Origin: Octopus sinensis
Lineage: Eukaryota
Assembly: GCF_006345805.1 (NCBI RefSeq)
Contig: NC_043013.1
Coordinates: 21,886,001-21,950,000, forward strand
DNA: 64,000 nucleotides
Reading direction: 5' to 3'
The notes beneath the pieces were generated by a model, which ran no database searches, was not told the origin of the DNA, and worked only from the letters and a program-made list of their open reading frames with translations. The position numbers and the translations under genes are program-made. Shown one piece after another: positions 17,765 to 40,789 of the stretch. Position 1 is the stretch's first letter, and the number at the start of each line of letters is the position of its first letter.

Positions 17765-20130
17765 AGTATTTCAGGCTGCAAGTTCATCGGTGGAATTTAA
17801 ATCTCATAAATCCAGTGATTGGTTCTCAGATAGATCAGCAGAATTTCATGATTTACTTTTAGAAAAACAAAACTTAGGCAATACACTTCTTTCTCAGTCC
17901 TTGAAACCCAAGTCAAACGAAACTTACAGAAAGCTGAAAGGGGGGGGGTGCAGATTGCTCTGAGGGAAATTAAACAAGAATGGTGGAATGATAGAGCAAA
18001 AGGAGCACAATAAGTAGCTGATAGAAATGATCCCAAGGGTTTGTACTCTTATGTTAAGGAGGTATATGACCCAAAATCTTCCTCAATAGCTCTAGTGAGA
18101 ACAACAAAGGGACGTTTATTTTTGACTGAGACCGCTTCTATTCATAAGCGTTGGGTAGAACAATTTCTGTACTTTTGAATAGACCACCATCCGTTGACAT
18201 GAGGGCGATAGAAAAAAATTGAACACCTTCCAGTTAGAGAAGAGATGGCATTTGAAACAATTCTAAATGACATTTATTTAGCTGTGAATAAGCTGAATAA
18301 CAATAAGTCTCCAGAGTCTGATGGAATTTGTGCAGAAGTCTTGAGATATGGGGGGGGATGTTTGAACTCTTAAATATATTAATTTGTCACTGTTGGAGAA
18401 CTGAGAAAGTGCCTCAAGGCTGGATTGATGCCATTTTAGTCTCCTTGTATAAATCGGAACCAAAGGATCTGTGCGGTTATTTTCGTGGGATTTCGCTTTT
18501 GTCTGTGGTTGGAAAGTACTTGCCTGCATTTTGTTACAACCTTTATACCTTTATATTTCCTTTATATTTCCAAATATAGTGTCTGAGTCTCAGTGTGGTT
18601 TTCGTTCCTGCAGAGGCATAGCTGATTGTATCTTTATTGTCAGACAATTACAAGAAAAGAGCATTGAACAGAATCTTGCTCTATACCATTGCTTTATTCA
18701 TTTGAGAAACGCATTCGATACTGATAATCGAAATGTTCTGAGGCTAATTCTAAAGAAAATATGTTGTCCAGAATAATTTGTAAACATTATCAGGGCTTTG
18801 CATCAAGATATGAAAGCTAGATATAATTTTGGTGGTAGGCTCTCTGAATCTTTTGCCGTGGAAAATGGAGTAAAGCATGGAGACCTTGATACACCCACCC
18901 TCTTTGTAATATACTTTGCTGTTGTGTTGTCACATGCTTTTCAAAACTCCGAGGAAAATATTTACATAAAATATCGAACCACAGGAAATGTTTTTAATCT
19001 GACCAGACTGAAATCTAAAACGAAGGTTTTTTACTTCACCCATTAGGGAACTTTTCTTTGCTGATGATTGCGATCTTGTCTGTCATTCTGAATCAGGTCT
19101 GCAATCTCTTGTATCTGCATTTGACTCAGCTTGTGATGACTTTCGCTTGACCATCAACTTGAAACAAAACGGTCGTAATGCATCAATCTGCGTGTGGTAC
19201 TAACCCCACTAAAACTTTTGTTAAGGGTAAGTTACTTGAGGTTATCGATTCGTCCTTCTAACTTGGAAGCTCTGTTCAAAATTCTGGAAACCTTGATACA
19301 AAAATACATCTGTGAATTCAAAGGGTATCAAAAGCATTTAGTGGCTTGGAGTCGCGCGTTTGGTGCCAGCGAAACATTAAATGGAATTCTTTTACTCCAA
19401 CGCAGATGTCCTTGCATCTGCAGGTATCATCTCAATTAAAGCTATGATTTTGAGGAACCAAATGAGATGGTGTGGCCATATTGTTCGAATGGCAGATGAA
19501 CGCATGCCGAAACAACTGTTTTATGGCGACCTTGCAGAGGGGAAATGCTATCGGTGTAAACGTAAAAAAAGGTTTAAGGACGGCATAAGGATTACTATGA
19601 AGTCACTTGGAATGGTTCCAAAAGATATAGAAACCCTTGCTTTGGATCGAGCTGGATGGCGAACAAAAGTGTGGAGTGGAGTAAAATCATTTCAAGAGGC
19701 CAGGATAACGCAAGTAAGACTCAAAAGAGATCTAAGGAAGAATGTAATGATCGAGAAGGTGAATGACAATGACCTTTTTTGTGTGCACAATCTATTACAG
19801 ACCATGCCTGTCTTTGGCTGGCATCAAATCTCATTTGTGAACCTATGGAAAACGAACCTCCACCAACTATTCTGCCTATATGTCTGTGCACAACTTTGAA
19901 TGCAGTGTATGCCAGATGGTTTGCAACTCCAACGGAGGCCTCAAAAGACATGATAAGACTCACAAATAGCAGAACTTATCTGTAGGTATTGGTGGTCCAA
20001 ATCAGAGGTGCAACCTATGTGGGTCTCTTTCAAGAACATTGTCTAGTTTAAAAAGCTACATCAGACGCCATGATGGTGCTAAGCTGTAGGTACAGGAGGT
20101 GGTCAAACTCTGTATAAGGAGTACACAACC
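17765..20130 (+). mobile_element. RTE-clade (BovB-like) LINE, degenerate
   Basis: Fragments ESQCGFRSCRG, FADD and MRWCGHIVRMADERMPKQLFYGDL...KKRFKD; many stops and frameshifts. Confidence 0.88.
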
Positions 20131-20131
20131 A

Positions 20132-20164
<33 letters not shown>

Positions 20165-20165
<1 letters not shown>

Positions 20166-20520
20166 TTATACGATGGGCTTATTTTACTTTCCTTCCACCA
20201 AATCCACTCACATGGTTTATTCACTCAATAAAAATGTTTGATATGAAACGATTTTAAATTTAATATATGAAACCAGTGTATCTTGGATAAATATCCTTAT
20301 AAGAGGTTTGAATATCCTCATTGTCACTATATAATATATATATATGCATACAACGGTTTTCTCTTGGGTTCGTGCTGCAAATTCACTCACAAAGTTTTGG
20401 TTGGCCCGACACTTATAATACAAGATGCTTACCCAAGGTACCACGCAGTGGGGCCGAGACAGGAATCAAAATCGAAACCATGTGGTCGGGAAGCAAATCT
20501 CTTATCTCATAGCCATACTA
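20165..20520 (-). mobile_element. Degenerate tRNA-SINE copies (family of 23596-23990)
   Basis: Reverse-complement similarity to the SINE head (CCACTGCGTGG..CCTTGGG, GTGAGTGGATTTG). Confidence 0.6.
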
Positions 20521-20879
20521 AAAAAGGAATCCTCTTATAGCCATCACTGGAATGCCTTTCTTTGGAGTTAAACTGGAGTTTTGATAACACAGTGATAACA
20601 TGTTCGTAAAGGTTTCCTAATTTTTCGTTTGACTGGCTAGAATTAGCTGCCAATTTCTTTTAATTCACACCAAAGCATCTTTAAAGAGAATATTAAAAGA
20701 GGAATGAGCAAGAGTCAGATACCGGAATGTCGCCGTTTAAAATTTGTCTTCATAGAGAATCTTGATAACCTTGTTATCATTGTGGTTTCATTGCTCCGGT
20801 TCACCTCGACCGTCTACTTTATATAAAACCAATGAAAGGAGTCGATTTTTAGAGTAACATCGACATTGAGTAATTTCTC

Positions 20880-21090
20880 CTGGAGGCACAAGGGCTTAGA
20901 TTTGTGGGGTGTGGGCTAGTCGATGACATGGACCTCAGTATTCATCTGATACTTAATTTATCGACCCGGAAGGGATGAAAGGTAAAGTCGACATCGGTGG
21001 AATTTGAACTCAGAACGTAGCGACGGAGTAAACACCGCTACGCTTTCCGTCCGGCGGGCTAACGATTTTGCCAGCTCACCGACTTATCGT
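20880..21090 (-). mobile_element. tRNA-derived SINE
   Basis: Reverse complement of the 15938 family (GAATTTGAACTCAGAACGT). Confidence 0.75.
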
Positions 21091-21214
21091 TACTAAATAA
21101 CAAGAGCTCCAATGCATCAGATCTGTTGTTTACCAAGTTCACGTTTCATGATTGTTAGAGAAATAATTGATGGAATTTGATAAACAGGAGTGTTTACTAA
21201 CAACGGAAGAAGAT

Positions 21215-21555
21215 ATAACAACAACAACAATAATGATAATAATAATAATATTAATAATAACAATAATAATGAGTAGTAGTAGTAGTAGTTGTTGTTGTTG
21301 TTGTTGTTGTTGTTGATGCTGCTGCTGTCATTTTGATCACCTTGTGTGAATGTGTGGGAGTTACAAAAAAAGAATAATAATAATCTACCACCATTATCAT
21401 CATCACTATCATCATGATGATCATCATCATCATCGTACCTATCTGAATCACCATCGTCTTCATAGTGATTGAGAAACCGCTGCTACTCTTACTACTACTA
21501 TAACTACCACTACAACTAGTGATGATGATGGTGATGATGATGATGATGATGATGA
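21215..21555. repeat. Mixed trinucleotide repeats (AAT, GTA, GTT, CAT, GAT)
   Basis: Direct inspection. Confidence 0.9.
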
Positions 21556-22699
21556 GGCCCTCCTCCCCACCAATGACGCAATACAAATATCCTTCAGACC
21601 AATATAAAACAGACGGCGATGTCGAGAAAATATATTTTTACAATTTCCTCTCGGGCACTCGACACTCAACGGTTCGCTCTGCAGTTTCAATAACTTTCAA
21701 CGTTTCAAAATGCTCAAACTATTTCGCAGGTTGTCCTCCATTTTTGGTAAGCTAAATATTCTTACATTTCTCTCCACGCATTTCCAGTTTTCTTTTAAAA
21801 TCAAACTCAATGGCAATTTTAATGTGTTCCATAATAATATTTAGTGATTGTGTATAAATACGATGTTTTCTCTATAAAATGATTCTGTAGAAAACTAGCG
21901 CTACACGAAGAAATTTCACAAATATTCCAAAATGATAAAATTGTTGGAATCCTGTAAGAAAACTGCAAAAATATGAAATTTCTTTGGAAATTATTTGTTC
22001 TTTTATCTTTTACTTGTTCCATTCATTAGAGTGTGGCCATGCTGGGGCATCGCCTTGAAGAATGAACTGATCGCAGTATTTATCGTTTTTCAAGCTCAAT
22101 ACTTATAAATTCGGTCTCTAAACACACCAACATTGGTTGTCACACGGTGTTGAGGGGGGCGCACGCACATGCACACGCGCGCACCCCCACTCGCACACAA
22201 CCATACACACACGCGCACACACATACACACACGTCTAAAGTAATTAATAGCAACAGAAGCTGTCTAACTACCAAAAGGTAATATTTGTCTCCCACCTTAA
22301 AGTAGATGTTGTGTTAGAACACAGGATACTGAGTAACATTCCATGAGAGAACCTCTCGTAAGAGAGAGATTTATCTAAATTAACCCCAGTTTTATTGTCA
22401 TTCAACGTAAATGAAGGGGGAAATGTGACTTTAGTATTTGAAGCAAAAGGGGAAAATCGAAGCAATGCCGTCTGAGAACAATGAGCGCGTGTCGGATTGA
22501 TTATGCGCCTCATAATTCACTGGATGGATGGTTGATAATATGATAATATCTAGTCCTGAAAAAGCGAGATATAATACGTGAACATCATCATTTGGCAGTG
22601 TGTGCGCGCGCACGCGCGCGCGTGTGTGTGTGTGTGAATGTTAATTTCATATACCAAGACCAAACCTGTTTATTTGCATCACTATCTCTCTCACTGTAT

Positions 22700-23280
<581 letters not shown>

Positions 23281-23595
23281 GTTACGTACGTTTTATCAGG
23301 TCGCTCCTGAGTTCTACTGGTATCATGTAATCCAGTACAACCTGTCGCATGGTGGGGCCGTCGGCGACTAAACTGGCAACCCCACCAAGCTTGCTTGGTG
23401 TGGAGGGTGTTGGACATCATGCGAGATGAAAAATAAGACCCGTCAAAGGTTGAAGGAACTCGTGAACAGTCAATTTCTTTATTCACCATATAAGTTTAAG
23501 AAAAAGAGGAGACGATACGAGGACAGACAAAACAAACATTGGGGTCAGGGGATAGAATGGAACGAAACGTATGAATAGAAAATTTAAATATATAC

Positions 23596-23990
23596 GAGTG
23601 GCTATGTGGTAAGAAGCTTGCTTACCAACCACATGGTTCCGGGTTCAGTCCCACTGCGTGGCACCTTGGGCAAGTGTCTTCTACTATAGCCTCTGGCCGA
23701 CCAAAGCTTTGTGAGTGGATTTGGTAGACGGAAACTGAAAGAAGCTCGTCGTATATATGTATATATCTATGTGTGTACGTGTGTGTTTGTGTGTCTGTGT
23801 TTGTCCCCCTAGCATTGCTTGACAACCGATGCTTGTGTGTTTATGTCCCCGTCACTTAGCGGTTCGGCGAAAGAGACCGATAGAATAAGTACTGGGCTTA
23901 CAAAGAATAAATCCCGGGGTCGAGTTGTTCGACTAAAGGTGGTGCTCCAGCATGGCCGCAGTCAAATGACTGAAACAAGTAAAAGAGTAA
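23596..23990 (+). mobile_element. Near full-length tRNA-derived SINE
   Basis: Box A-like TGGCTATGTGG, box B-like GGTTCAGTCCC, internal TG repeat; 3' tail shared with partial copies at 14255-14430 and 22015-22150. Confidence 0.8.
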
Positions 23991-24009
23991 TTAAATGAGA
24001 ATGAATGAT

Positions 24010-25710
24010 TAACAAAAAATGAAGCGGAGGATGCGGTCGACACCCTCACCCTGAAGACTTTGTTTTTTCCTTTTTTTGTCCTCGCTTAAGCAGGATCTTT
24101 CACTCGCAACATACTTGCTACTGACTTCCATCTCTTACGCGACACACTTTGCAACAGGCATTTCTTTTCCAGCCTTATTTTCCTTTCCTTGTGGAAAAGG
24201 AAGCAGTTGACTAAGCCGAGGCTTGAGACGAAAATGTCCTTTCACTCTCGTCTTCCATACTACCTCTTTCACAACAGCAACTACCGAGAGAAAACAAGGT
24301 CGCTCCTCCCTATTCAGGTAGGGCAGCGGAATGATCTTAATTACAGATTCGTTCGACAGTTGTACTCTTCTCGAATACGACAGTAGGTGCTCGACATAAG
24401 CCCAGAGCTCAGTCACCTTGGGGCATTGCACAATCGCGTGCAGGTCAGTTTCACTGTCCTGCTCGCATCTTGCATAAACCGGCGAAGGCGCACACCCGTG
24501 TTTAAAGAGCTTATTTCGAACCGGTAAAGCTCCTCTTTAACATTTCCAGGCCAGAGACTTTTAGTAATTATCCATAGGTCCCGGCCCGAAGGCTCTTCGG
24601 AATAGGTTGGCGAGTCGATCTTCGTCGAAGCCTAGGATTCCCAGGACGTCGTCACACTTGAGCTCTACTCACCCTCAATAAGAAAGACGAGGTAGTACCC
24701 CTGCTTCCGGCGTTGTCCGATTGGGAGAGAAGCACGAGTGCCTGATGGCACTCTGCGTGCCACGCACCCAACCTCGTTCTACGCTTGATCCATGGGTCCA
24801 GTTCAGTAAAAGATGTGAACTATGGAAATACCAGCTTGACGAACGGAAGCTACACCTGCTCACCGTCCAGGAAAAACCAGGGTTGCCTAAGCTTCAGCGC
24901 ATGTCTGCGCATTTTTAGCAACGGCATCCCGAGCCTACCCTTCAGCGGCTTTTGACAGCAGATTGAGTGCCTTACAAGAGATCTGCTGCCCCTTCACAAG
25001 AAGCGGAAGAGCATGTGTTCCATCTTGTTTAACCACGAATCGGGACATGGCACGACGGTCAGGTGGTAGGTGATTACAGAGGTAATAAAAACCTCTGCAA
25101 CCCTCGCCCTCCCTTTCAAGGACAGCCTCCGCTCAGAGCAGGTCTGAATTAGGAGAGCCACCTTCCTCGCAACTCGCTCCAATTTTTCTCCATCTGGAGA
25201 TCTAGACCAAACCAGACTCCAAGCTTTTTCACCGGCCCCTCTGTTCAACGTCCCACGACGCTGTCGGAAAGCATCGACTTGCCCCTTCAGGTGCCGATTT
25301 GCAAGCCGAACGATTTCTCCCGGTTAATTTTCGCCGCTGCCACCGCTTCGTAATCTCTTAAGGCCTCACCTATCCGCTGTAGATGATCGATCCGGGATAC
25401 GATGACAGTGATGTCGTCCGCGTATGCCAAAGTTGACTTTCTACACCCTAGATCTTGCAGAGCCTCTTACTTCCTCAGCAATGGCTCGAGGGCCAAGACA
25501 TAGAGAAGCTTAGAGAGAGAGAGCACCATTGATGTACCGATCGTTCAATGCAGAGCGGCTCCGAAAAGAAACCGTTTACCCGAACTACCGATTCGATGTC
25601 GCTGTATAAAGCGGTGATCTATCCAAGGGAGGTCGGGCCGAAGCCAGCCGCCGCGAGGACCGCCACCAGATATTAATAGTCTACCCTATTGAACGCTTTG
25701 GATTGGTCTA
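24010..25710 (-). mobile_element. Tx1/L1-like LINE, 5'-truncated, degenerate
   Basis: AYADDITVI RT motif, RRLSLKGRA, CARCEQDSETDLHAIVQCP zinc knuckle. Confidence 0.85.
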
Positions 25711-25718
25711 ATCTATCC

Positions 25719-25752
<34 letters not shown>

Positions 25753-27354
25753 ATATATCTATATATATATTTTTCCTCTCTATCTAACTCTCTATCTATC
25801 CAACTATCTATCTATCTATCTGTCTGTCTGTCTGTCTGTTTGTATGTCTGTCTGTCTATCTATCTACTATGCATAATTGAATATACCTTTGGATGTATTT
25901 CCTTTGAGAGTTTTAATTCAAATTTCATTTTCTTGCATATATATGAATATATTTTGTTTATTTTATTGGATCAGTTAATGTCTAGAGAATGTGTTGTGAT
26001 ACATTATTTCGTTGTGATTGTTTGCAGTGTGTGTTGTGTAAAATATAAACATTTTATTGGCCAGTGATTATATATGGAATGTGTTGCATGCAGAGAATGG
26101 AACCATTTGAGATGGACGACTAAATTGAAAGAGGCTTGCGTACGATGTGGGCCGAGTTTAGTTGGATTATCTTTTGGATGGAGAATAACGTTGACATGGG
26201 ATTTACGATTTTCTTCATATTTTTATCATACCTTGTGATTCAATTATTATTGATAGCGTTTTCATATTCATACATGCTTCCTGATCATTTTAAATTCATG
26301 AAACTTGAACGTTTGCAGTTTCTACCCCTCTCACTGGAAATGCTTCGACAACAAAATAATTGAAATATCAATCAGAGTACAGATATCATTGTTTCATTCC
26401 TTGGCAAATTATTTTTGCACAGTTCTCCTTGATGTCTTTATCTGTCATTCCGCAGTTAATTGTGGTCAGGTCGTTATAATGGATTCTGTTTGAAGTTTTA
26501 TCATTTCTTATCCGTTCTTTTCTTCAAATTGCGATCCATGGACATATATTCCTGTCTGGGAACATTATTGGTCTTGGCAAAGGAACGGATCACCGGAAAG
26601 GATGTGGTCAACTCTCTCATTATGTTTTTCGTTGTATAATCTATGTTCCGCATACAGAAGTCAGTCCTAAAAAGTTCTCCAATAAGTACGTATTAGGCTA
26701 CATTTCGCTGCGGATGTCTGATAAGACGAAAACATGTCCGGATTTAACCCCAAACCTACTAAAAATTAGATTCGTTCCCCACTGCTTACCTCTACGTTAT
26801 TTCTAATCAATTTCAATTTCAGAATTTCTCTCCCTTCCATCTCTTGACAACGGTCATCATTTAATCAGATAATTTCCCCCCTCTTCATTACATGCATAAT
26901 TTCAATTAATTAAATATTCTTCTTGGTTCACTACATTCACTCTTTATCCCGCTCTTAATATACGTAATACTTTCACTAAAGACTCTGAAGTGTCTAGAAT
27001 GTTCTCTTCCAAGAAATACTGAGGCTTCCTATCTCGTTTGAAACTAATAGAAATTTTTTTTTATTTCTTCATCTCTCCCATTTTCTATTTTTGCTCCTCT
27101 CTCTTTTTATCTCACCCTCACTCCTCCTATCCCTCTCTCTTCTGTTCCCTCTCTTTCTATCCCTCTCCAATTTGTCGCTCTCCCTCATTATTTCAATTTT
27201 ATGGTGATGTAGTGGTGGTCATCGCCGTATTTGTTACTGAATCATGCTTGTAGCACTTCTCATTCTTATTCCTTTCATCTTCATTCTTTGTAAATTAATG
27301 CTAAACGTGAATATGAAATATTCAATTTTTTTCCAAAATAAATTTTCGTTGCAG

Positions 27355-35765
<8,411 letters not shown>

Positions 35766-35875
35766 ACTTTAATGGAATTCACCCCAAAATTACTTCTCCA
35801 TGAAACGTGAGCAAGATTCAACGTATCACGTTTGCTAATAATAATTATATAAGATAAAATGTGTATTTCTTTGTG

Positions 35876-35881
35876 AATAAA
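35876..35881 (+). terminator. Putative polyadenylation signal of paralog B
   Basis: AATAAA about 110 bp after the stop; conserved in paralog C (43517-43522, minus). Confidence 0.5.
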
Positions 35882-36856
35882 ATCAATTTAATTCAGTTAT
35901 TTCTTTTGTTAATTTATTTTAATTGCTAACGTTTTTCGTTCTAAATTAGTCTTCTCTTAGAACATGATTTCTAATTTGAGTTTTAGCTCCGGCCTCTCGG
36001 AAACTATTTAAGCTGGTTGATCTAAACTGTATTTATTAAGGATTATAAAGCGAAATTAAAATAAGAATCATTTCTTTTTCTCTTTGGACGAAAGTTTGTG
36101 TTTCAGCAACTTATTTGCAGCTTATAAGAACAGGTTAAATGAAGAATATGTTAAACCAAAAAACGAAATCGATTATACGGAAAACGAAATCTAATAGAAA
36201 ACTCAGGAGCCTCACGATTTCTTTCAGGTTATCGAAAAGTTAAAACAGTTTTCACTGTGAAAAACATGAATTGCAATACTGACCATACATGTCGTAAAAT
36301 GTTCCTTTTGTTTTCATTTGTTTAGTTTTAGATTAATATTGGACTCTTTATTTATAGTTTATTGAAAAGGAGAGGTGGCAGTGGACATTGTGTTTGCAAG
36401 TCTTTAAGACATCGATACGGTTAATGCTTAGTTTGAAGAATTGTGTGTTGACATCTGTTGCGAAAATTGGATCAGGGATTGCATTTCTGGCGATTAATAA
36501 TCTGGAGCAGTGGAGACCCAATCGCTGTGTTGTAGCCCAGTCAGCTTTAGTTTTAAAAAAACACGGGCAAAAATTTTAAATAAATAATAATTTGACTTTT
36601 GATTTAATAAATGAAATTTGAAGTCGACTTGTCAACATGATTGAAAATCACAAATAGATAAAACGTTGGCACCGTCTGTTATAAGTCATGAAAATACTAA
36701 CTCCTCGAAAGTGATTCTCTTTTCGTTGTTGTGTCGCAAAACGAAGGAAGATGTCTTTAAGATTCAGGTTTTCATCTCAAATAAATCGGTCAAAGAGATC
36801 AAAATGTGTCACTTCCACCCGATGAGTCGCTTTGCAGAGTGGCATTCAGACCACAC

Positions 36857-37630
36857 CGGGGCGTCTAAATTCAGTTGAAATGTATCTGCTATGAATTTGA
36901 GACAAACAATGTTCAGAAACTGGAGCATTTACGGATTGAGATAAGAGGGGTTTATCATGATATCACCATTTTATGCCGAAAATTGGTGTCGGAACTCTAA
37001 GCAAATCTGGTTCAATATAGGGATGACGGTCTCACGGTGAAAATTGATGAAAGGTGCTCTATTAATTTTCAGCCGACTTTCAACATTCTCACTGACCGAT
37101 GAGACCCGCCTGATGTGGAGATTTTCCCCGTAGATTAGGTATCTACCGAGTCAGTGGGTTGATCTTAATAACTTCACTGATGTGTTACTTAATCGGAGGC
37201 TACAAAACTTTCTTTTCGTTTGATATGAAGATGTTTAACTGGATAGCATTGCCGTTGCTGTAGTCACAGCAGTGAAGATTTGTAATATTTTTGCTAAAGA
37301 CTTGATTCGTATTAAAACTTGTTTAGAGGAGACGAAAGCGTAAGCTTTCATAGACAAACGTAATAGAAGCACGTGTCTTTAATTTGCCTCTCCCATGACT
37401 TGATAACCTCACTGAAATGAGGGAGGATGTCCATAATAAAGGAAAGCTCATAATGAACAACATTACACGGTCCCTGCTGACAGACCCATTGTGTATAGGA
37501 GAAGATTTTCTTCTCTGCTGGTTGTCCTCGTTTTTCTTCCTGTAAGCACTTGTTGTACTGAGGCAGTCTGAATCGATCCATAAACAGGTAAAGTTGCTTT
37601 TGTATGACGAAAAATTCACCGATAGCCTTT
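36857..37630. repeat. Unclassified ~770 bp segment duplicated in inverted orientation at 63225-64000
   Basis: High visual identity to the reverse complement of 63225-64000. Confidence 0.85.
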
Positions 37631-37782
37631 ACATTTTTGTTAAGAAGTTATCTACATCTAGGTTCGGTTGGTGGAAGCTGACACAAGTTGCAGATGGGGC
37701 TGCGACAAGCAATTTCGCTTGAACACCAGCGATTCCTCCGCTCATGACAGTGGCACCATCATAACTATTTATAAACATCAAT

Positions 37783-38295
37783 GCGAAGGGTACCCAAACG
37801 TAAACGGAAACGTTGTCTGTGGGACATACCAGCTATAGTTTAGGCTTCTACGGCTAGAAGCCACTTGATGCGTCCCTCGGGCATCCTCCTGCAGACTGGT
37901 GTCGTTGACAAGAGTCGTACTGTCACGTGGTGCGTCTTTGTTTTACAGTACTTCTCCCTTGTTCGTCCATTATTGGTCACTTGTCGCTGGAAGACCAACC
38001 TCGTTCTTTGCCACCGTCGACCTCCTGAACGAATGAAAACATCACGAAAATTCATGAACTGGTCTTAGAGGATCGTTGCCGAACAATTGATGAACGTGTT
38101 GATATAACTGGTGTGTTCTGGAGTTCTTGCCAATGAGTTTTGAGCGAATGAAAGTGTTGCAGCAAAATCTGTGCCTCACTTGCTCACAGAAGATCAAAAT
38201 CAGTCGAGATTAAATGCGTGTCGTAAAGGGAAAGAACAGTTGGAACTTGATCCAAAAGTTTTTTTAAGAAGGCAATCACTAGCGAAGAAAGCTGG
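37783..38295 (+). mobile_element. Mariner 5' fragment, internally deleted (inverted duplicate of 41400-42079)
   Basis: TIR-like CGAAGGGTACCCAAACGTAAACGGAA plus N-terminal transposase remnants. Confidence 0.75.
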
Positions 38296-39200
38296 TACCG
38301 CAATAATTAGGGATATAAATCTGAACTTGTAATCGGGGTAGAGTAACAGTATATTTCTCAATAATTCAGCGTAGGTATACTCTTTTTCGCTGATCTTTAT
38401 GTTAACATCCGCTGAACAGCTAATTTCCACAACTGTATACAGTTTCTCTTTTCCATCCCAAATCACTATGTCAGTCCCATTATGCTTAAATTTTATTGAG
38501 GTTTTCACTGGGACATTCCATCAGAACTCCTTATTATGAGTGGCTATGGCCTCTACCAAACTGTGGATTATTATTTCTTTGGTTATTCAGGGTTATCCTT
38601 CCGACGGATCTTGTTAATCACATCATATCGCATCGGTTGATAATACCGCGATGACATTTTCGAACAACTGCTTATGATGTGGGTGACAGCATGGTGTTAA
38701 CTTCAGAAAGTCTGCATCGGTTATCATATTTTGGTATTTTACCCGCATCTGTGAACCTTTTTGCATCAAGTATTTTTTTGATACTTCCTATTCTTGGATT
38801 GCAAAAGCATAGCGGTCAATGTGAGAGTTTTTAGTCCGGTCGTTGGTCCATGGCTGATTGCTTTTATGATCAATGTTACTATCATCCCGAAGCTTTCTGC
38901 TAACATATCCATGCATGATCTTCTGCTAATATACGCTCATCCTTTCATTTGCCGATATGTTGTGGTAGAGTCGTGCGACATTTTGGACATATATTCTAGA
39001 TTATCAGACAAAGAGTGTTATCTGCCTCGTGTATGCAAATGTGGCCAAGTGATGCACTTCAATGTTTAGTGGTTAAAAGATGTCGCTGAAGCGATTTTAG
39101 TACGACATTCAAAGTCAGTCTGGATCGATGTTAAAAGTCTCTGCCGCCTTGTTTTCATTGTAGGTAGAGGTGGTCTCCGTTAGGTAGAGGTCAACCGTCC
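38285..39200 (-). mobile_element. R4-like RLE retrotransposon 3' fragment
   Basis: THIISSC, KHNGTDIVIWD..VVEISCSADVN. Confidence 0.7.
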
Positions 39201-39519
39201 TGCTGATGTGAATATCTCTTTGAAAATTAAAGAGAAAGAAGATAACTCAGGACAAGTGCTCCGAAACCTCTAGCTTGTATATCCGGATTACAAATTTACA
39301 TTATCCCAATACATACATACATACATACATGCATGCATGCATGCATGCATGCATGAACTGGCAACAGCCGTTTGAACTGTATGACTGATTCTTATTTTAC
39401 CGACTCTGCTGGGATAAATGATAAAATCGAGTTCGACCAAATTTGAAATGCAGACGTAGAGGAATGTGATAACGGGCATTAACTCATCGTTTTCTATCCA
39501 TTCGCTGCCATTGTCACTA

Positions 39520-39750
39520 AGGCATATTGGTTTCAAATTGTGGCACAAGCCCAGCAATTTCGGAGGAGGAGGAGTTAAATCGATTACATGAACTCCCGTG
39601 TTCAACTGGGACTTAATTTATCGACTCCCAAAAACGATAAATGCCGAAGTCGACCTTGGTGGAATTTGAACTCAGAACGTAGAGACGAACGAAATACCGC
39701 GAAGTATTTTGTCCATCACACTACCGACTCTGCCAGCTCGTCACCTTATT
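39520..39750 (-). mobile_element. tRNA-derived SINE
   Basis: Same family as 15938-16540. Confidence 0.7.
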
Positions 39751-40789
39751 ACTACAATATATTAAAGAGTGTTCACCTGTTTTGCAGTATCCTGTTCTGG
39801 TGTTACCTTGTTTACAACTCCGAGATACACTTAGGCGATATCAATAATGTTAAACGTTCTCTGTTCAATATATTCTTTTACAATGGTTTGGTATCAACCC
39901 AGGATTGACTGTCTTTGTATTTGCAATTAACAGACATTGACTCTGTTTTTTTTTCTTGCAATTAACAGATATTCATTGATTTATTGACGATATTAATCAA
40001 TTAAGAAGGCTATTTATTATTCACTTCATAGAGATTTTATGATCAACAGTGTTGTTAGTTACAAGGCTTTCATTTAACTAACTTTGCCCCACATAATACC
40101 TAACAATCAATATTCCTAAACTAAACTCTCATTCGTGAATATATGGTCGCTGGATATCGGATATTTTATGTAGTATTTAATGAATGTTGATGAGTCGTCT
40201 ATTAATATTTTGTTTCGGATCATTATTCTTATAAGAAGCTAAGAACTTGGTCTAGATTGTTCGAAACTGTTGAATGCCGGCCTGATTTCTCTGTGCATTA
40301 CGTCAAATGAAAACACCAAATATTTTGAAAGTTGTCAATGCCAACACTTTCGATTTTCCTATCTTTTTATCAAAATCTCAATTCAAAATTTCTAATGCTT
40401 AGAGATGGTCGGTTGACCTTTCGGGTTAGTTTCTATTGTTGCCTGCAAGTGTCAAACTAAAAATTATCTTTATTAGAGTAGACGATGAATGCTCTAAATA
40501 CATAACAATTAACACACAGAAAGGACTGTATAAATACATCCTTTGTTCAATATATTCATTTACAATGGTATGTTTTCTGTCAAGTGTTTGAAGAGATGAA
40601 CACGTGATTAAGTTTCTACATTTCCTGCTACGTCCGTGCGTTAGTGTCACGCGACATTATATTTCGTACAAAATGTTTCTCTATATTATGGCATCAGTAA
40701 TCTAAGAATTACTAGCTTAAGACATGTCTAATTCTTAAAATTTACATTAATTTTGCATGAAATAATAGTCATTTCGAAAATTAAACTGC

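Noticed and set aside
26136-26493. Short hydrophobic ORFs upstream of paralog B as a substitute first exon
   Set aside because: Non-ATG starts and no convincing phase-1 donor linking to 27355.
37323-37619. ORFs conserved between 37323-37619 and 63239-63535
   Set aside because: Conservation reflects recent DNA duplication; two overlapping frames are equally open, with no recognisable domain or splice structure.
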